The notes: a model not told the origin generated them from the letters alone. A stretch of DNA of 64,000 nt from a virus (IMGVR_UViG_3300048606_000077:4380-68379); one strand, 5' to 3'; shown: positions 15,194 to 25,414, counted from the stretch's first letter. A program made the numbers and translations.

Positions 15194-17662
15194 TTAGGTG
15201 CCGAACGCGCCGACGCCGAATTGGCCGTTGACGGGATCGTCGAAAATGAACACGGTGTCGGGATCGTCGACGCCGACGCCGACGAACTGGCCGTCATTGA
15301 AGCCGTGCCCGGCGAGGTCGAACGTGAACGGGACGAGCGACGCGGTATCCAACTGCCTCTCGCAGCCGAACACCACGGCGTGCACAGGCGGCTTGCCAGT
15401 GTTGATGCGCTGAATGGTGTGCGTGACCGACTCGATGAAGAAGTCGTCATCCAAGCCCAGCTCGCCGTTGCGGATGGTGACCCGGTCGGACAGGGTGCGG
15501 GTGAGGATCTGCAGGAGGTGCGCCCCGTCCTGCGCGACCATCCGCACCGTGACAATGGGGCGGCGCTGCGCATAGTGCGCCAGGATCACCTGCGCCACCG
15601 CCAGAGCATCACCCAGCCCCGCCCACGGCACGGACTCCGGGTAGGTCCGCTCCCCATTCGTCGCCATCGACGCCGCGTCCTGCTCGGTGACCTTCGTGGT
15701 CTGCGACACCGGCACAGCCAGGGCCCGCAGCTGCAGATAGGTGACCGTTCCCGTACCCGAGGTGCCCGTCACGGATACGACCACCGACTGCCCCGACGTC
15801 CGCGACAACGTCGCTGACACAGTCACGCCGCCAGCAGTGACGATGTCCGTGCCCGACACCGGCGTGACCGCCTTGAGGAACGGGTCACTGGCGGACGCCG
15901 TGACCTGAACAGTCTGCCCGGCGGTGATCGTGAACGGCGTGTCCGAGGACCACACCACCGACACCGCCGGGTCGATGACCCGCTGCTCCACAGGCAGCGA
16001 CACGACGTTGACGATGTCCCGCCAGCCGTGCTCGTACCCGAACGGCGCCGTGTAGTCGAAGCCCGTCACCGGCACCGAATCGCAGTCCACCAGCTCCTCG
16101 GCGAACACCGCCTGCGATGCCAGCGACGCCGCATCCTGCAGGCGATGATGCCGGTCGCGGAACACGAACGTCCCGTCCGGTGCGACGTAGCCGATCGCGG
16201 GTGGCCCTTCGGCGCGGACCACGTCCTGCATGGCGTCGAAGGCGTTGTCGTCCTCGGCCCACCAGTAGCGGGGGAACGTCGCGCCCGCGTCGATGTCGCG
16301 GCCTGCGGTCCAGCCGACGGCATCGAGGATGCGGTTGATGATCTGCCCGGTGCGGGGGGCAACCATCAACTCGGTGCTGATCTTCACGCCCTGGAGGAGC
16401 GCGAGTCCGTCGAGGGAGGTGATGTCCGCAGACCGGTTGGCCCGGTCGGGGTGGACCTCGAAGTCGTCGATGCGCCCGGCGTGGACGGGATAGACGACGC
16501 CGCCGTGCGTCACTTCCAGGTGCACGGGACGGGCGGGCCCGATGTCGCCGTACAGGGGACTGGCGGTGTTTTCAGCCGAGTACAAGCGCGTGACGTTGCA
16601 CAGGCTGAAGCCTGCATTGCCGACACCCGCAGGGGACAGCTGCCGGTTCTGGTTGCGTCCGTAGGAGGTGACGATCCCCGCGGTGAGGACGTCTTCGGTG
16701 ACGTCGTCGTTGGGGCCGATGACCTGGATGTAGTCGGCCAGGGTGGTCTCTGGCTGGGCCAGGTCGGAGAGGTGGACGCCCCACACGTAGTAGATGTCGG
16801 TGACGGCTGGTGTCCCGCCATGGCGGGCGCGGATGTTGTACCGGGAGGCCAGGGCGGGGGCGGTGAAGGTCTGCCGCAGGTGGGTCCATACGCCGGCCGG
16901 GACGGAGAACCCGGAGCCGAGGGAGCTGGAGATGAAGGTGCCTGCGGCGTTGGACCAGTTGACCGCTGGCCGCAGGTCGGTCCAGCCGGCGGGCGAGTAC
17001 ACCCACATGGATGCCGAGTAGCTCTGGCCCGCGACGATCGTGCCGGCGGCGGAGAGGGTGGAGTCTGCGCTGCCCGATGTGGCAACGCCGTTGGGTGTGA
17101 CCCGCAAAGACCCGAGCGCCTTGGGTGCGAGGACGGCGGTGGAGTAGGCGATGGCCGCGGCGTTGCCGCTCCAGCCCGTGGCGTCGGACACCAGGTACGC
17201 GTTGCTGGTGAGGTTGGCGCCGCCTGCCGGATAGGTGGCGGGCAGGATCTGCAGGGTGTGGGTTGTGGCCGTGGCGGTGAACGTGACGGCCAGCTGCTGC
17301 CAGGTGCCGGCGGTGTACCCGGCAGCGGAGGAGGTGACGCCGTTGATGCTGAGGTAGACGGGCATCCCGGTGGCGGGCATGTAGATGTGGGCCCGGTAGG
17401 TGTAGGTGGCGCCGATGGTGAGGCCGCTGACGGACTTGAAGATGCGAGGTGCGGTGCCGGTGCCGGTGTAGTCCTGCCAGGTCGCGAGCATCGAGTAGCG
17501 GCCGGTGTAGGCGTTGGTGGTGGTGCGGCTGATGGTGACGGGCCCGTCGGTCGCCCAGTCGTCGAGGCCGCCTTCGAAGGGTCCGGCGTCGAGGCCGCCG
17601 TCGCCGTTCCAGTCGATGAGGAGGGTGTAAGTGGTGTCGGTGACGCACTGGTCCCAGGTCAT
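15194..17662 (-). CDS. Minor tail protein with two N-terminal carbohydrate-binding-like modules
   Basis: 822 aa directly after the tape measure; repeated GGFEG..W / Y..S.WVYSP.GW / GVWTHL jelly-roll-like segments. Confidence 0.8.
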   Translation of the reverse strand: MTWDQCVTDTTYTLLIDWNGDGGLDAGPFEGGLDDWATDGPVTISRTTTNAYTGRYSMLATWQDYTGTGTAPRIFKSVSGLTIGATYTYRAHIYMPATGMPVYLSINGVTSSAAGYTAGTWQQLAVTFTATATTHTLQILPATYPAGGANLTSNAYLVSDATGWSGNAAAIAYSTAVLAPKALGSLRVTPNGVATSGSADSTLSAAGTIVAGQSYSASMWVYSPAGWTDLRPAVNWSNAAGTFISSSLGSGFSVPAGVWTHLRQTFTAPALASRYNIRARHGGTPAVTDIYYVWGVHLSDLAQPETTLADYIQVIGPNDDVTEDVLTAGIVTSYGRNQNRQLSPAGVGNAGFSLCNVTRLYSAENTASPLYGDIGPARPVHLEVTHGGVVYPVHAGRIDDFEVHPDRANRSADITSLDGLALLQGVKISTELMVAPRTGQIINRILDAVGWTAGRDIDAGATFPRYWWAEDDNAFDAMQDVVRAEGPPAIGYVAPDGTFVFRDRHHRLQDAASLASQAVFAEELVDCDSVPVTGFDYTAPFGYEHGWRDIVNVVSLPVEQRVIDPAVSVVWSSDTPFTITAGQTVQVTASASDPFLKAVTPVSGTDIVTAGGVTVSATLSRTSGQSVVVSVTGTSGTGTVTYLQLRALAVPVSQTTKVTEQDAASMATNGERTYPESVPWAGLGDALAVAQVILAHYAQRRPIVTVRMVAQDGAHLLQILTRTLSDRVTIRNGELGLDDDFFIESVTHTIQRINTGKPPVHAVVFGCERQLDTASLVPFTFDLAGHGFNDGQFVGVGVDDPDTVFIFDDPVNGQFGVGAFGT

Positions 17663-17663
17663 G

Positions 17664-20600
17664 TCAGGCTCCCGTGGCGATCGGGAGTCTCTTCTGCCTG
17701 CGCAGTCGCTCGATGGATGTCGTCAGCCAGGCGTCGAGTTCCATCTGCGACCCGATGACGCCCTGGTTGACGAACGTCATAGTGACCGGCTGGGGCGCAG
17801 CGGCGGTGACGGATGGCGTGCGTACGGCCCCCACTGTCCCCGCGGTGAGGGTGCGGGCCGGCTGGGTGGCTGCGGTCATGGCGGCGGGCATGGTGGCCGC
17901 GCCGGCGCCTGCGACAGCCTGGGACAGTTTCGCGGTGGCGGCTTCGAGTGCGGGGATGCTGTCGGTGAGGCCGACGATGAAGCCCTGCGCGGTGTTGGCG
18001 CCGATGTCGGCGAAGACCTTGGAGGGGGATTTGATGCCCAGGGCTTTCTTGATGGCTTTCTGGATGGACTTGGCGATGGACACCATCAGGTCTTCGATGT
18101 TCTTGCGCTGTGCTTTGAGGCCGGTGAGGAATCCTTCTCCGGCTTTCTTGCCCGCGTCGAACAGGGCGTCCGCGCCGAGGCGGCCGAGGGTGGTGGACGC
18201 GGAGGACACGTTGCCCTGCAGCTTGTTGATGTTCTTGATGGAGGCCTTCGAGGCGTTCGCGAGGGAGTTCGCCAGTGCCGCGCCCTGCTCCGGGCCGAGG
18301 TCGAGGAGCTGTTGGATGAGGTCTTTGCGGAGGCCTTTCTTCTGCAGGGCGCGGATGTCGTCGGTGAAGCGCTTGATGGATTTTTGGGCGCCGATGAGGC
18401 CTTGTTCGAGGCCGGATACGGTGAAGTTTCCGTTGGCGACGTCGGTGAGGGAGAAGCTGGCTTTGGTTTGGGCGGCCAGGTCGGTGGCGAATTTTTGGGC
18501 TTGCTGAATGCGGGCGCTGATCTTGTCACGCTGGTTGGCGAGGTTGGTGAGGCGCTTGTTGCTGGAGTCGACGAGGTTGACGAGGCGGTCATCGACGCGG
18601 CTGGCGCGGCCCTTGAAGGCCTTGGTGATGGATGCGGCGAGCCTGTCGGCGGTCTGGTTGATCTGCGCCTGCGTGCCGGTGAGGCCCTTGATGAAGCCTT
18701 TCCCGACGTTGCGGCCGATCTCGGCGAAGACCTTCGAGGGGGAGCTGATCCCCAGGAGTGACTTGGCGGAATTCACGGCGCCCGATACTGCGTCCTTGGC
18801 TGCAGCTCCGAGTGCTCCGGCCATCGACTTGACGCCGCCGATCATGCCTCGGATGAGGTCGCGTCCCGCGCTCACCAGCCAGCCCGCCGCCCCGGACACG
18901 GCGCCCTGCACTCTGCCCTTCAGGCCGCTGGCAGCTTTGACGACAGCGCTGATCGCGTTGGACGCAGCCGTCCGGGCCCTGCCGAACTGGGTGCTGAAGT
19001 ACCCGGCGATGGCCGCCATGGCGCCGCTGACAATGGACCTGGCCCGCGACATGCCGCCGGAGATCGCCGAGCCGACAGCGGCCATTGATGCTCTGACTTT
19101 GGAGGCGACCCCGCCGAAGACCGCGGCGATGACAGCCCCGAGGTTGTTGATCGTGCCGATCAGGTAGCGGATGACTCCGGCAACCAACGCTTTCGCGGCG
19201 GTCCATGCGCCGGAGAAGTTGCCGTTGAGCAGTGCGGCGATGAGGTTGATCGCGGGGACGACCAGGTTGTTGATGGTGTTGGCGAGCTGGTTGGCGAGGA
19301 TCGTGGCGAGCTGCGCCACTAGCACGATGACCGGCGTGATCGCCGGTAGCAGCGAGGTGAGCGACTGCACCATCAGCGGCAGGATCGCGTTGACGAGCGG
19401 CACCAAGGCGATCGCGAGGTTGGCGATCGCGAGGCCGAGCGTGGCCATCACGGGCGCCAGTGCAGTGATGAGCTGTGCCAGCACCGGCAGGATCGTGGCC
19501 TCAAGCTGCAAGAACGTCGCAATGATCGGTGCGATGGCCGGGAGCAGCGCGGCCAGCACGGGCACCAGCGCGCTGAGTAGCGCGGTGACGACTTGCATGA
19601 TGATGGGTGCGAGCTGCTGGAACAGGCCCGTGATCTGCGGGAGCAGCGGCAGCAGGGACGTCACCAGCTGCTGCACCAGTGGCGCGACCGCCCCGGCCAG
19701 GGCCACGAACACGCCCGCGATCAGTGTGAGGAGCGGCTCCAGTGCGGGCAGCAGCGACGAGATCAGCTGGGAGATCGGTGGGAGCAGCGGTACCAGGGCC
19801 GTCGCCATCTGCCCGATGCCCGTCGCCACCGTCAGCAGCACCGGACCCAGGGCGCTGATGATCGGGCCGAGCGCGGCCCCCAGTCCCTGGATCAAAGTCT
19901 GCAGGGGTCCGGCCAGTGCGACCAGGACGGGCGACAGGGCCATCAGGGCGCTCTCCAGCAGCGGACCCAGCGTGGTGCCCAGGACCGTGAACGTCTTGGC
20001 GAGAACGTCCAGGACCGGCATGAGAGCCGTGCCGAGCGTCGTCACCAGCGACTGCACGGGCCCGGCGAGCGACGTGAACACCGGCCCGAGATCGGCGAGG
20101 AGGTGCCCGACGACACCACCCAGGACCTGGCCGACCACGCCCATCGTCTGCGCGAGGGCCTGCATCGCAGCCTGGAAACCCTTGGTCGCGGTCGCGTCCT
20201 GCAACGCCTGCGTGACCTGCGTGAGGACCGTGAACGCCCCGCCACCTTCGCCGCTGACCGCACCCAGGACGTTCCCGATGGTCCCGAAGACATTCCCCGC
20301 GATGTCACCCAAGCTCGCGAGGAGATCCACCGCGGTGTTGACCGAGTCCTCTAGCGCCCCGGACTTGAAAGCGCCGGACAGCCGGTCAGCGATACCGCCA
20401 GCCGCGTCGGCCGCCGCCAGCGTCAGCCGGCCGAAAGCCGGAGCCCCCGCAGCCGCCAGTTGACCCAGCGCGGTGACGACCCGCGCCGGGAGGATCTGCA
20501 GGTGCTGCAACCCGATGTTGGCACCCGCCATGGCCTTGCCGAGGGTGCCGTTCTCGGCGAGCTCCTGAGCGGCGGTGCCCGCGCCGCGGCCCATGGCATT

Positions 20601-21296
20601 GAGGACCTGCGCGGTGGCGGTCAGGTTGGTGCGCAGCACGGGGAGCGCCGCGTCCGACAGAGAGTGAAGGGACTCGCCGAAGTTGTCGAACAGCTGGTTC
20701 TGTACGCCCTGTTGGAGGGCTTTGAGCTGGGGCTGAATTTCCCGTACGGCTGTGGCGAAGCCACGGGCTTCTGGCGACAGGCCCTTCATGGCCTCCGCGA
20801 AAGCTTTCGGGTCGGACGGGTCGAGGGCCGCGGTAACAGCGTCCTTGATGCCGACCATGCCGAGCTTGACGACAGCCGACGCCTGCTGCACGGCGAGCAT
20901 CCCGGTCACGGCGGCCGCGCCTGCGGGGGCGATGTTCTGCAGTGCGGTGACGACGCCGGCCAGGAGCGGTACGGCGGTGCCGGCGGCGGCTCCGATGGCT
21001 CCGGCTGCGAGCCCGAACTTGGCGAGGGCGCTCCCGGCGATGCTGAGGGATCCGCCGAGGCCACTGGTGATGTGGCTGAGGCCTCGAAGAGAGAGGCCGA
21101 AGCGGTCGGTTCCGCCGGTGGTTCCGCCGAGTGCCCGGTTGATGGCGCCGGATTCGGCGACGAACCTGCCGCGTACGTCGCGGAGGCGGCCGTTGACGTC
21201 GCGGGAGAAGCCGCGGAGGGCGCGGATCGCGGGGTCGGTGTCGGCGTCGACCCGGATCTGCGCGTCACCGATGACCTGGCCGCTGGGGGTGCTCAT
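17664..21296 (-). CDS. Tape measure protein
   Basis: 1210 aa, Ala/Leu/Gly-rich helical repeats; LGISSPSKVF and LGIKSPSKVF motifs. Confidence 0.95.
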   Translation of the reverse strand: MSTPSGQVIGDAQIRVDADTDPAIRALRGFSRDVNGRLRDVRGRFVAESGAINRALGGTTGGTDRFGLSLRGLSHITSGLGGSLSIAGSALAKFGLAAGAIGAAAGTAVPLLAGVVTALQNIAPAGAAAVTGMLAVQQASAVVKLGMVGIKDAVTAALDPSDPKAFAEAMKGLSPEARGFATAVREIQPQLKALQQGVQNQLFDNFGESLHSLSDAALPVLRTNLTATAQVLNAMGRGAGTAAQELAENGTLGKAMAGANIGLQHLQILPARVVTALGQLAAAGAPAFGRLTLAAADAAGGIADRLSGAFKSGALEDSVNTAVDLLASLGDIAGNVFGTIGNVLGAVSGEGGGAFTVLTQVTQALQDATATKGFQAAMQALAQTMGVVGQVLGGVVGHLLADLGPVFTSLAGPVQSLVTTLGTALMPVLDVLAKTFTVLGTTLGPLLESALMALSPVLVALAGPLQTLIQGLGAALGPIISALGPVLLTVATGIGQMATALVPLLPPISQLISSLLPALEPLLTLIAGVFVALAGAVAPLVQQLVTSLLPLLPQITGLFQQLAPIIMQVVTALLSALVPVLAALLPAIAPIIATFLQLEATILPVLAQLITALAPVMATLGLAIANLAIALVPLVNAILPLMVQSLTSLLPAITPVIVLVAQLATILANQLANTINNLVVPAINLIAALLNGNFSGAWTAAKALVAGVIRYLIGTINNLGAVIAAVFGGVASKVRASMAAVGSAISGGMSRARSIVSGAMAAIAGYFSTQFGRARTAASNAISAVVKAASGLKGRVQGAVSGAAGWLVSAGRDLIRGMIGGVKSMAGALGAAAKDAVSGAVNSAKSLLGISSPSKVFAEIGRNVGKGFIKGLTGTQAQINQTADRLAASITKAFKGRASRVDDRLVNLVDSSNKRLTNLANQRDKISARIQQAQKFATDLAAQTKASFSLTDVANGNFTVSGLEQGLIGAQKSIKRFTDDIRALQKKGLRKDLIQQLLDLGPEQGAALANSLANASKASIKNINKLQGNVSSASTTLGRLGADALFDAGKKAGEGFLTGLKAQRKNIEDLMVSIAKSIQKAIKKALGIKSPSKVFADIGANTAQGFIVGLTDSIPALEAATAKLSQAVAGAGAATMPAAMTAATQPARTLTAGTVGAVRTPSVTAAAPQPVTMTFVNQGVIGSQMELDAWLTTSIERLRRQKRLPIATGA

Positions 21297-21646
21297 TCGA
21301 TCAGCCCCTCTGCCTGGGCCCTCTTCACGAAGTACTGAGAGGCTTCTTCAGCGGAGTGCCACCACCAGGGCGCGCCGGGGTCGCGGGGTTCAGGGTCGCG
21401 CTGCTCGCTGCCGGGTGTGGCCCATGCGGACACGCCGAGTTGGCCGTCGAACTGCCGCCGTGCGGCGTCGGCGGTCTGGCCTTCTCGGACGTGGATCCTC
21501 TGGGTCATTTCGGCGTAGATCAGGTTGAGGAACCGGTCGGCTGGAAGGTCGCCGGGATCGACGCCTGCGGCTGCGCATCGTCCGTCGAGCTCGTGCCAGG
21601 TTCCGGGTTGGGCGGCCCAGTGGGTGAGGGCGAGGACGGCCGTGTA
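21293..21646 (-). CDS. Tail assembly chaperone T part (-1 frame extension)
   Basis: YTAVLALTHWAAQPGTWHELDGRCAAAGVDPGDLPADRFLNLIYAEMTQRI... is in frame with the 21293-21508 ORF and overlaps the chaperone 3' end. Confidence 0.65.
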   Translation of the reverse strand, partial: YTAVLALTHWAAQPGTWHELDGRCAAAGVDPGDLPADRFLNLIYAEMTQRIHVREGQTADAARRQFDGQLGVSAWATPGSEQRDPEPRDPGAPWWWHSAEEASQYFVKRAQAEGLIE

Positions 21647-21945
21647 GGGCGTAGCCCGTACTGCTCCAGGAGCCAGGTGATGACGTCGCTGGCCTGTTCC
21701 AGTTGGATGGGGTTGGCGAGGTCTTCGAAGCGTTTCTGGAACACGGCGTTGGAGTCGGGGAGGAGGACCATGCCGAGGGCGTCGGCGAAGATGTCGAGCC
21801 TGTCACTCAGGTCGGTTTCGGCGATGTCGGAGAAGCGTTTGGCGAACTCGGTGAGGGTTTTGCCGGGGAGGGCGGGGGCGGCTTCGAACACGTCGCCGTC
21901 GATGGTGAACTGGAGGCGGTCGCGCGGGCGGCTGAAGTCCTTCAT
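21520..21945 (-). CDS. Tail assembly chaperone G
   Basis: FTIDGDVF...WLLEQYGLRPT followed by low-complexity tail; lies upstream of the tape measure. Confidence 0.8.
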   Translation of the reverse strand: MKDFSRPRDRLQFTIDGDVFEAAPALPGKTLTEFAKRFSDIAETDLSDRLDIFADALGMVLLPDSNAVFQKRFEDLANPIQLEQASDVITWLLEQYGLRPTRPSSPSPTGPPNPEPGTSSTDDAQPQASIPATFQPTGSST

Positions 21946-21952
21946 GCCGGTG

Positions 21953-21985
21953 ACGGTAGGTCCGCCCCGTTCAAGATCTTTCCGG
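21953..21985 (-). promoter_or_regulatory. Putative late promoter CCGGAA-N21-TACCGT (leaderless)
   Basis: -10-like TACCGT 7 nt before the ATG at 21945; upstream hexamer shared with three other late intergenic regions. Confidence 0.45.
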
Positions 21986-21989
21986 TGGG

Positions 21990-22379
21990 TTAGAGAGCGG
22001 CCCGCAGTGATGCCGCGAGGAAGTTGTTCGCGGCGGTTCCCGGGTGGTGGACGATCTTCGCGTACACCACGCGGCCGCCGACGGTGAACCTCAACGCCCT
22101 GGCGCGTACGGGGCGGATGATGTGCGGCCGGGTGCCTCCGACCACGTAGATCGTGGCGGGGTGGGTGGAGGTGATGACGCCCTGGAAGTCGCCGCCGTTG
22201 GACCGGATCGAGCTCCGGATCCCCGCGCCCATGGAGCCGGGTGCGCGGCGCTTCGCCTCGGCCTCGACGCGGCGCAGGCGGCGTTCCATGTTGCGGTAGA
22301 CCAGGCCGCCGGGGAGGTGCAGCATGCGTTCGATGCGGCCTCGGTCCAGGTTGAACTGGACGTTCACGTTGAAGGACAC
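21990..22379 (-). CDS. HK97 gp10-like neck/tail-completion protein
   Basis: GTRPHIIRP..ARALRF...VHHPGT..NNFL motif. Confidence 0.75.
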   Translation of the reverse strand: MSFNVNVQFNLDRGRIERMLHLPGGLVYRNMERRLRRVEAEAKRRAPGSMGAGIRSSIRSNGGDFQGVITSTHPATIYVVGGTRPHIIRPVRARALRFTVGGRVVYAKIVHHPGTAANNFLAASLRAAL

Positions 22380-22381
22380 GG

Positions 22382-22882
22382 TCAGTTCCTCTGTAGGGCG
22401 ACGAACACGCGCAGCTCACTGCCCACGCACGCGCCCGACGGGCCCTGTGCGGTCAGCGGGCGCATGATGAAGTCCACGATGTCCTGCGCGTCACTCATCT
22501 GGCATAGCTTCACCGACGCGCCCAGCAGCAGCTCGTACGCGTCCCGCAGTACCTCCTGGGCGGAGGCGTCCAGGGCGGGGGTGGTGGGCGCGAGCTTGCC
22601 GTCTTCGGGCTGAGGGGCGCAGCGGATGATCTGCAGGACGAACTCTCCGACTTCCCACGCCGCGTCGCAGCGGGTGCCTGCCTTGTTGGCGAGCTGGTCG
22701 GGGAAGGTGTCGGACAGGAAGATCTGCGCCACGCTGACGGCGAGGAGCCCGCAGTCGCATTCGTCCCAGGCGATCGCGCCGGGCACGACGGAGGAGCGGG
22801 CCGGGGCGACGGTGAGTTCGGCGTCGATGGCGACCCGGAGTGCTTCGGCGACGGTGTACCACTTCAACGGGCCAGTGATCAT
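22382..22882 (-). CDS. Tail terminator-like structural protein
   Basis: AWDECDCGLLAV, IIRCAP, GPSGACVG; position in the head-tail block. Confidence 0.65.
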   Translation of the reverse strand: MITGPLKWYTVAEALRVAIDAELTVAPARSSVVPGAIAWDECDCGLLAVSVAQIFLSDTFPDQLANKAGTRCDAAWEVGEFVLQIIRCAPQPEDGKLAPTTPALDASAQEVLRDAYELLLGASVKLCQMSDAQDIVDFIMRPLTAQGPSGACVGSELRVFVALQRN

Positions 22883-23034
22883 GAGCGGAGCTTCTTCGCC
22901 TCGTCGAGCTCCCGCAGCGCACGCTCTCGCAACTCCTCGGCCTGACGAAGCAGGGCGGTGGTCTGACGCGACAGGGCATAGGAAACGAGAAGAGCAACCA
23001 CGCTCATCCCGAGGGCTACAAAGCCGAGCATCAT
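22879..23034 (-). CDS. Small single-TM protein inserted in the structural operon (51 aa)
   Basis: ATGA overlaps at both ends; MMLGFVALGMSVVALLVSYAL then charged helix. Confidence 0.55.
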   Translation of the reverse strand: MMLGFVALGMSVVALLVSYALSRQTTALLRQAEELRERALRELDEAKKLRS

Positions 23035-23828
23035 GTCCCTGCCCTTCTGACCGTCGGCCGGTCCACGCTGTAAACCCGCGACCGCTGCCGCAACCCATAC
23101 GGATTCCACGCGGCCAAGAACATGTCCACCAAATACAGGCCCGTCCGCCCCAGCCGGAACAGCTCACCCACATCCGGATAGCTGATGGTCACACCCTGTC
23201 TGACGAGCTGCTGCAGACCAGCAGGCAGCTTGCAATCACCACCCGACGCAGCCCGGATGATCTCGCACGCCAGCGCACCCATCGCGAGCTTCGCGCCCTC
23301 CGGGACCACCTCGCCGTACGTCGCCGTCACCGACCACGTATCGACCTCCGTGTCATCCCGCGACAGGTCGTTGCAGCGCGGCCACACCCCGCCGTCCGTA
23401 CGGACCACGATCCGGTTGTTGTCCACCCGATACGAGCCCGTCACCATCGGCGTGCCATCGATTTTGATCTCGACGATCTCGTGCACTGGCGCCGGCAGAA
23501 CAAACTCGCTGACCTCCCCGCACGAGCACGACCCGGCGCAGCCGCCGCAGGTGAGGTTGAACCACTGCCCCCCGATCAACGCAGGCTGCGGATACGTCCC
23601 CACCCACGGCGGCCCGAAGTCACCAGGGAACAGGTCGTAGCAGTCACGACGGCACGGGCGCAGCGTCACCGTGCACAGCCCGAACCGCATCCCCGTCAGC
23701 GCCCACAACACCTCCGTCGCCGTCGACACCGCCAGCCCCGTCAGCGCCGCCGACTCCGCCGGCACATCACAGATCCACTCGATCGGCCAATCCGCGCAAG
23801 GACCGAAATCGGCGCCCTCGTTCGCCAC
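23031..23828 (-). CDS. Head-to-tail adaptor
   Basis: A.EVLWALTG..FG.C.VTLRPC, Cys-rich loop, CKLP..LQQLVRQGVTI, TGLYLVD.FL...NP. Confidence 0.75.
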   Translation of the reverse strand: MANEGADFGPCADWPIEWICDVPAESAALTGLAVSTATEVLWALTGMRFGLCTVTLRPCRRDCYDLFPGDFGPPWVGTYPQPALIGGQWFNLTCGGCAGSCSCGEVSEFVLPAPVHEIVEIKIDGTPMVTGSYRVDNNRIVVRTDGGVWPRCNDLSRDDTEVDTWSVTATYGEVVPEGAKLAMGALACEIIRAASGGDCKLPAGLQQLVRQGVTISYPDVGELFRLGRTGLYLVDMFLAAWNPYGLRQRSRVYSVDRPTVRRAGT

Positions 23829-23842
23829 GGCCTACCCTCCGG

Positions 23843-24511
23843 TCACAGCGTGGTCGAGTTGCACGCCGCGGTCGGCGGGGCGACGGTGGTGACGTTCCAC
23901 ACCCAGTGCTCATCGGTGTGAACAGACTCACCGGCGGGCAGCCAGGAGGCGCCGACGAGGGTGTCCCAGGTCGCTCCCGCGCCCCTCGTCTCGGCGATGG
24001 CCTGCAGGGTGGACTTGGCGTTTTCGACGGTGTAGTCACCGAGCTGGGTGGCGCCGACGTTGGGCCACGCGTTGTAGATGTACCGCTGGGCGCCGGTAGC
24101 GTCGCACGCGCCGGATCCGGCGACCTGCTGCCACACCTCCAGGCTGTAGCGGTTGACGGGGTTGCCCTCGGCGACCGCGAAGCCGGTGCCTGTCGCCGGG
24201 GCGCCGGTGCTGAGGGTGCGTGCGTCGATGATGTAGGAGGCGAGCAGTACGTTGACTTCGCACCAGTCGATGGTCAGCCCGAATCGCTTCAGGGTGGGGT
24301 CGTCCTTCTGGTTGACGCACGCCGCGCCGGAGGCGGTGCGCTCGAAGAACTCTTCGCCGTCCTCGTAGTCCGGGGACATCTGTACCTGGACGAAGCCGGC
24401 GGATGAGGCCACGAACCCGGATGCGCCGGTGACGGGGGTGCCGCACGCGTCGAGGGCGACGATCCGCAGGACGGTGCCCTTGATGGGTGTCACGCACGTG
24501 GAAACTGCCAT
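23843..24511 (-). CDS. Major tail protein
   Basis: RIVALDACG.P, GEEFFERTASGAACVN; position after the capsid genes. Confidence 0.75.
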   Translation of the reverse strand: MAVSTCVTPIKGTVLRIVALDACGTPVTGASGFVASSAGFVQVQMSPDYEDGEEFFERTASGAACVNQKDDPTLKRFGLTIDWCEVNVLLASYIIDARTLSTGAPATGTGFAVAEGNPVNRYSLEVWQQVAGSGACDATGAQRYIYNAWPNVGATQLGDYTVENAKSTLQAIAETRGAGATWDTLVGASWLPAGESVHTDEHWVWNVTTVAPPTAACNSTTL

Positions 24512-24523
24512 GATCCAACTCCC

Positions 24524-25414
24524 TTATGCGGTGCCGTCCGGCACACCCAGATTGATCAGCGCCGCGAGGTGGCAGCATTCGAAAGCGAGCAGGTACGTCC
24601 GCTCAGCGAGCATCTGCATGGTGTTCTCCGCCCGGTCGAAGGACTCCCGGGCGCTGCTCACGAACACATCCCCCTGGTACCCGAACACCGCGCCCGTGGC
24701 ATAGATCCACGTCGTGCCCGCCGCCGGAGCCGCACCCGCCGGGGAAGTCCCCGGGTAGCCGCCTCCGACGACGATCAGATTCCCCGCCGGGGTGAGGAGC
24801 TGCCCGTCCACCTCGCGCACCAGGTACGCCGCAGCGAACGTCGGGAGCGCGGAACGCGGGATGTGGATGATGCCCTGCCCGGCGTAACACTCGGCGAGCT
24901 CCTGCTCCAAAGCGCCCAGCGCCGTAACCACGTCCACGCCGCTGGCCACCGTGGTCGCCGCGGTCTGCAGGACGATGCCGTTGGTGTCGGCCAGCTCCGC
25001 GTCATCCGCGAGGTGCGGGTAGGCGATGGTCTGCCCGCCGACCGCGCCGGTCCAGAACGCGGCCTCCAGCTGCTGCTGCTCCACGCGGGCCAGAGCATCC
25101 GAGGCGGCGGTCTCAGCGGCCTGCATGCCGACCGGGGAGCAGTCGAAGCGGGCGTAGATCGTGAAGGGGGTCGCGCCCCGGAATTCCTGCGGGACGTTGT
25201 CCGCCTTGGCCGGCGGGGCGGGCGGTGCTTCGCCGGTGCCGGTGACGGAGAGGCATTCGTCGTAGGTGGTTCCGCCGGTGGGGCAGCGGGTGATGTAGGT
25301 GACGCCTGCCTGCCAGTGCTCGCTGACAGGGGTGGGCTTTTGTACGGCGTTCCACAGCCCGTACGGCAGGGCGGTGAACGCTGGCGGGTCGACCATCTGG
25401 CGTGCTCCGGCCAC
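24524..25414 (-). CDS. Second capsid-like protein (candidate pentamer protein)
   Basis: 296 aa directly after the MCP; ALGALEQELA...GIIH, LTPAGNLIVVGGGY, AERTYLLAFEC as in cluster-B-like actinophages. Confidence 0.6.
   Translation of the reverse strand: MAGARQMVDPPAFTALPYGLWNAVQKPTPVSEHWQAGVTYITRCPTGGTTYDECLSVTGTGEAPPAPPAKADNVPQEFRGATPFTIYARFDCSPVGMQAAETAASDALARVEQQQLEAAFWTGAVGGQTIAYPHLADDAELADTNGIVLQTAATTVASGVDVVTALGALEQELAECYAGQGIIHIPRSALPTFAAAYLVREVDGQLLTPAGNLIVVGGGYPGTSPAGAAPAAGTTWIYATGAVFGYQGDVFVSSARESFDRAENTMQMLAERTYLLAFECCHLAALINLGVPDGTA

Noticed and set aside
17664-21296. Internal Leu/Ala/Pro repeats in the tape measure as a novel repeat system
   Set aside because: Ordinary tape-measure helical periodicity.
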